Origin: Sphaerodactylus townsendi
Taxonomy: Eukaryota
Assembly (NCBI RefSeq): GCF_021028975.2
Contig: NC_059426.1
Coordinates: 142,166,001 to 142,230,000 of the forward strand
Length of the DNA stretch: 64,000 bases
Direction of reading: 5' to 3'
Part shown: piece by piece, positions 62,823 through 64,000 of the stretch
Position numbering within the stretch: the stretch's first letter is position 1
Layout: the number at the start of each line of letters is the position of its first letter
Notes under the pieces: model-generated
What the model was told of the DNA's origin: nothing
What the model saw: only the letters and a program-made list of their open reading frames with translations
The model's database searches: none
Position numbers and translations under genes: made by a program

Positions 62823-62945
62823 CTAGAGACTGAAGCGGCATGAATCAGTTCCCAGGAGACACCAGGAGTCAGAATCCAGGTCAGGCTTTGGATCCACTTC
62901 CATCTCTTCCTTGGATGTTTGTGTGGCTTTGGTGTGAACCTCCAA
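62823..62945 (-). CDS. NEK9: NEK9 terminal coding exon ([40 protein letters not shown])
   Basis: Not in the ORF track; matches the recalled NEK9 C-terminus including KxTQT (LC8-binding) and WCLL (LIR) motifs; synteny. Confidence 0.93.
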   Translation of the reverse strand: MEVHTKATQTSKEEMEVDPKPDLDSDSWCLLGTDSCRFSL

Positions 62946-63613
62946 CTGTCCAGATAAACAAGAAAATCATTCTGTACATAGTAAAGTTGCAGATGATACA
63001 TTAGAACCCAAATTCCATCAACTGGATATCCATGTTCTATTATGGTACACCAAAACACATAGACAGAAAATATTGAAATGCACAGGCTAACACTCATTTG
63101 CCTAGATGTCAAGGAAGTATTATGGGACCCTTTCTGCTTCTCAGGGACTTATTTATCTAGAATTTGCTTGTGTGGACAGTCTGCCTCTGCACCAATGAAT
63201 TAACTGGGCATTAAAAAAATCCCTATTAAAAATAATGGGATAATTCCCCAGCTAAACTCTATATAACAAAAGGAAGCTGGAAAAAAAAGCAACTGTTATT
63301 TTATTATCCTAACTTTTCCCTGACTGTCCATCTACAATGTTCTACATGATTTAAAATCTTGATTAGGACTGCCAATAAATAAAAGAAAAACAAACATGGA
63401 ACAACGTAAAGGAAGACCTGCCGACATCAGCACCTTCGACCACAACTGATGGAGAAATTGCCATCTTCCAATCAAACCACTATTGCCTTACCTCAGTTAA
63501 CTCTTTCAAGCAAGAGAAATTTAAAGAGCCCAAGTTAGTCTGAAAAAACTAATTTTTATAGCGCCTTTTGGCGATCGAATATCATTAAATCTTAACTCAA
63601 TGACTGCTACATC

Positions 63614-63805
63614 CAGAGGTGGGATCCAACCAGTTCTAACCACTTCTCTAGAAGTGGTTACTAATTTTTTCTGAGTGCTGAGAAGGGGTTACTAAAGCAA
63701 CCTCCCCGCCCAATAGGGACTGGAGGTGTGTGTGTGCAGTGACGCCACTGTTTGAATCCCACCACCATCAGAACCTGTTATTAAATTTTTTGGATCCCAC
63801 CACTG
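63614..63805. mobile_element. hAT MITE
   Basis: TIRs CAGAGGTGGGATCC / GGATCCCACCACTG; 8-bp TSD GCTACATC. Confidence 0.88.
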
Positions 63806-63837
63806 GCTACATCCTAGGTTCTGAAGTCCATCCAAAA

Positions 63838-63910
63838 GCATAGAATCATAGAGTTGGAAGAGACCCCAAGGGCCATCAAGTCCAATGCAGGAACACAGAA
63901 TCAAAGCACT
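63838..63910 (-). mobile_element. CR1 LINE 3'-end fragment; similar remnants at ~20693-20775 and ~8195-8480
   Basis: CATAGAATCATAGAGTTGGAAG...AAGGGCCATCAAGTCCAA. Confidence 0.65.
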
Positions 63911-64000
63911 AAATCGAAATATGAATCCAAATCAATTTCAGTGGCCTGCAAGAACACTTGTCAACTGACATGTAATGCGCCCTTACCGGTTGTGTTCCTT

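Overview
Vertebrate genomic DNA, not prokaryotic. The repeat content suggests a squamate reptile, probably a gecko (inference). The window carries the conserved amniote synteny block EIF2B2(+) - MLH3(-) - ACYP1(-) - ZC2HC1C(+) - NEK9(-, last exon and 3'UTR only). All coding exons were reconstructed by hand from GT-AG boundaries and reading-frame continuity: EIF2B2, 8 exons, 354 aa (351 aa from the second ATG); MLH3, 12 coding exons including a 3.2-kb exon and a 24-bp microexon, 1409 aa; ACYP1, 2 coding exons, 99 aa; ZC2HC1C, 2 coding exons, 527 aa. The rest is rich in transposable elements: tRNA- and 5S-derived SINEs, L1/Tx1, L2, RTE and CR1 fragments, Penelope-derived fold-backs, and hAT and Tc1/mariner MITEs, several with intact target-site duplications (TSDs). 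The most notable observation is a 2.16-kb TA-flanked Tc1/mariner (Tc2-like) non-autonomous element just upstream of the MLH3 promoter. It has no transposase; its interior is a GC-rich mosaic that includes an apparent captured piece of LIX1L exon 1, so it is a candidate Pack-type transduplicating transposon. An 'empty' 253-bp relative sits in an MLH3 intron. Gene and TE family names come from recalled sequence knowledge, not database searches.
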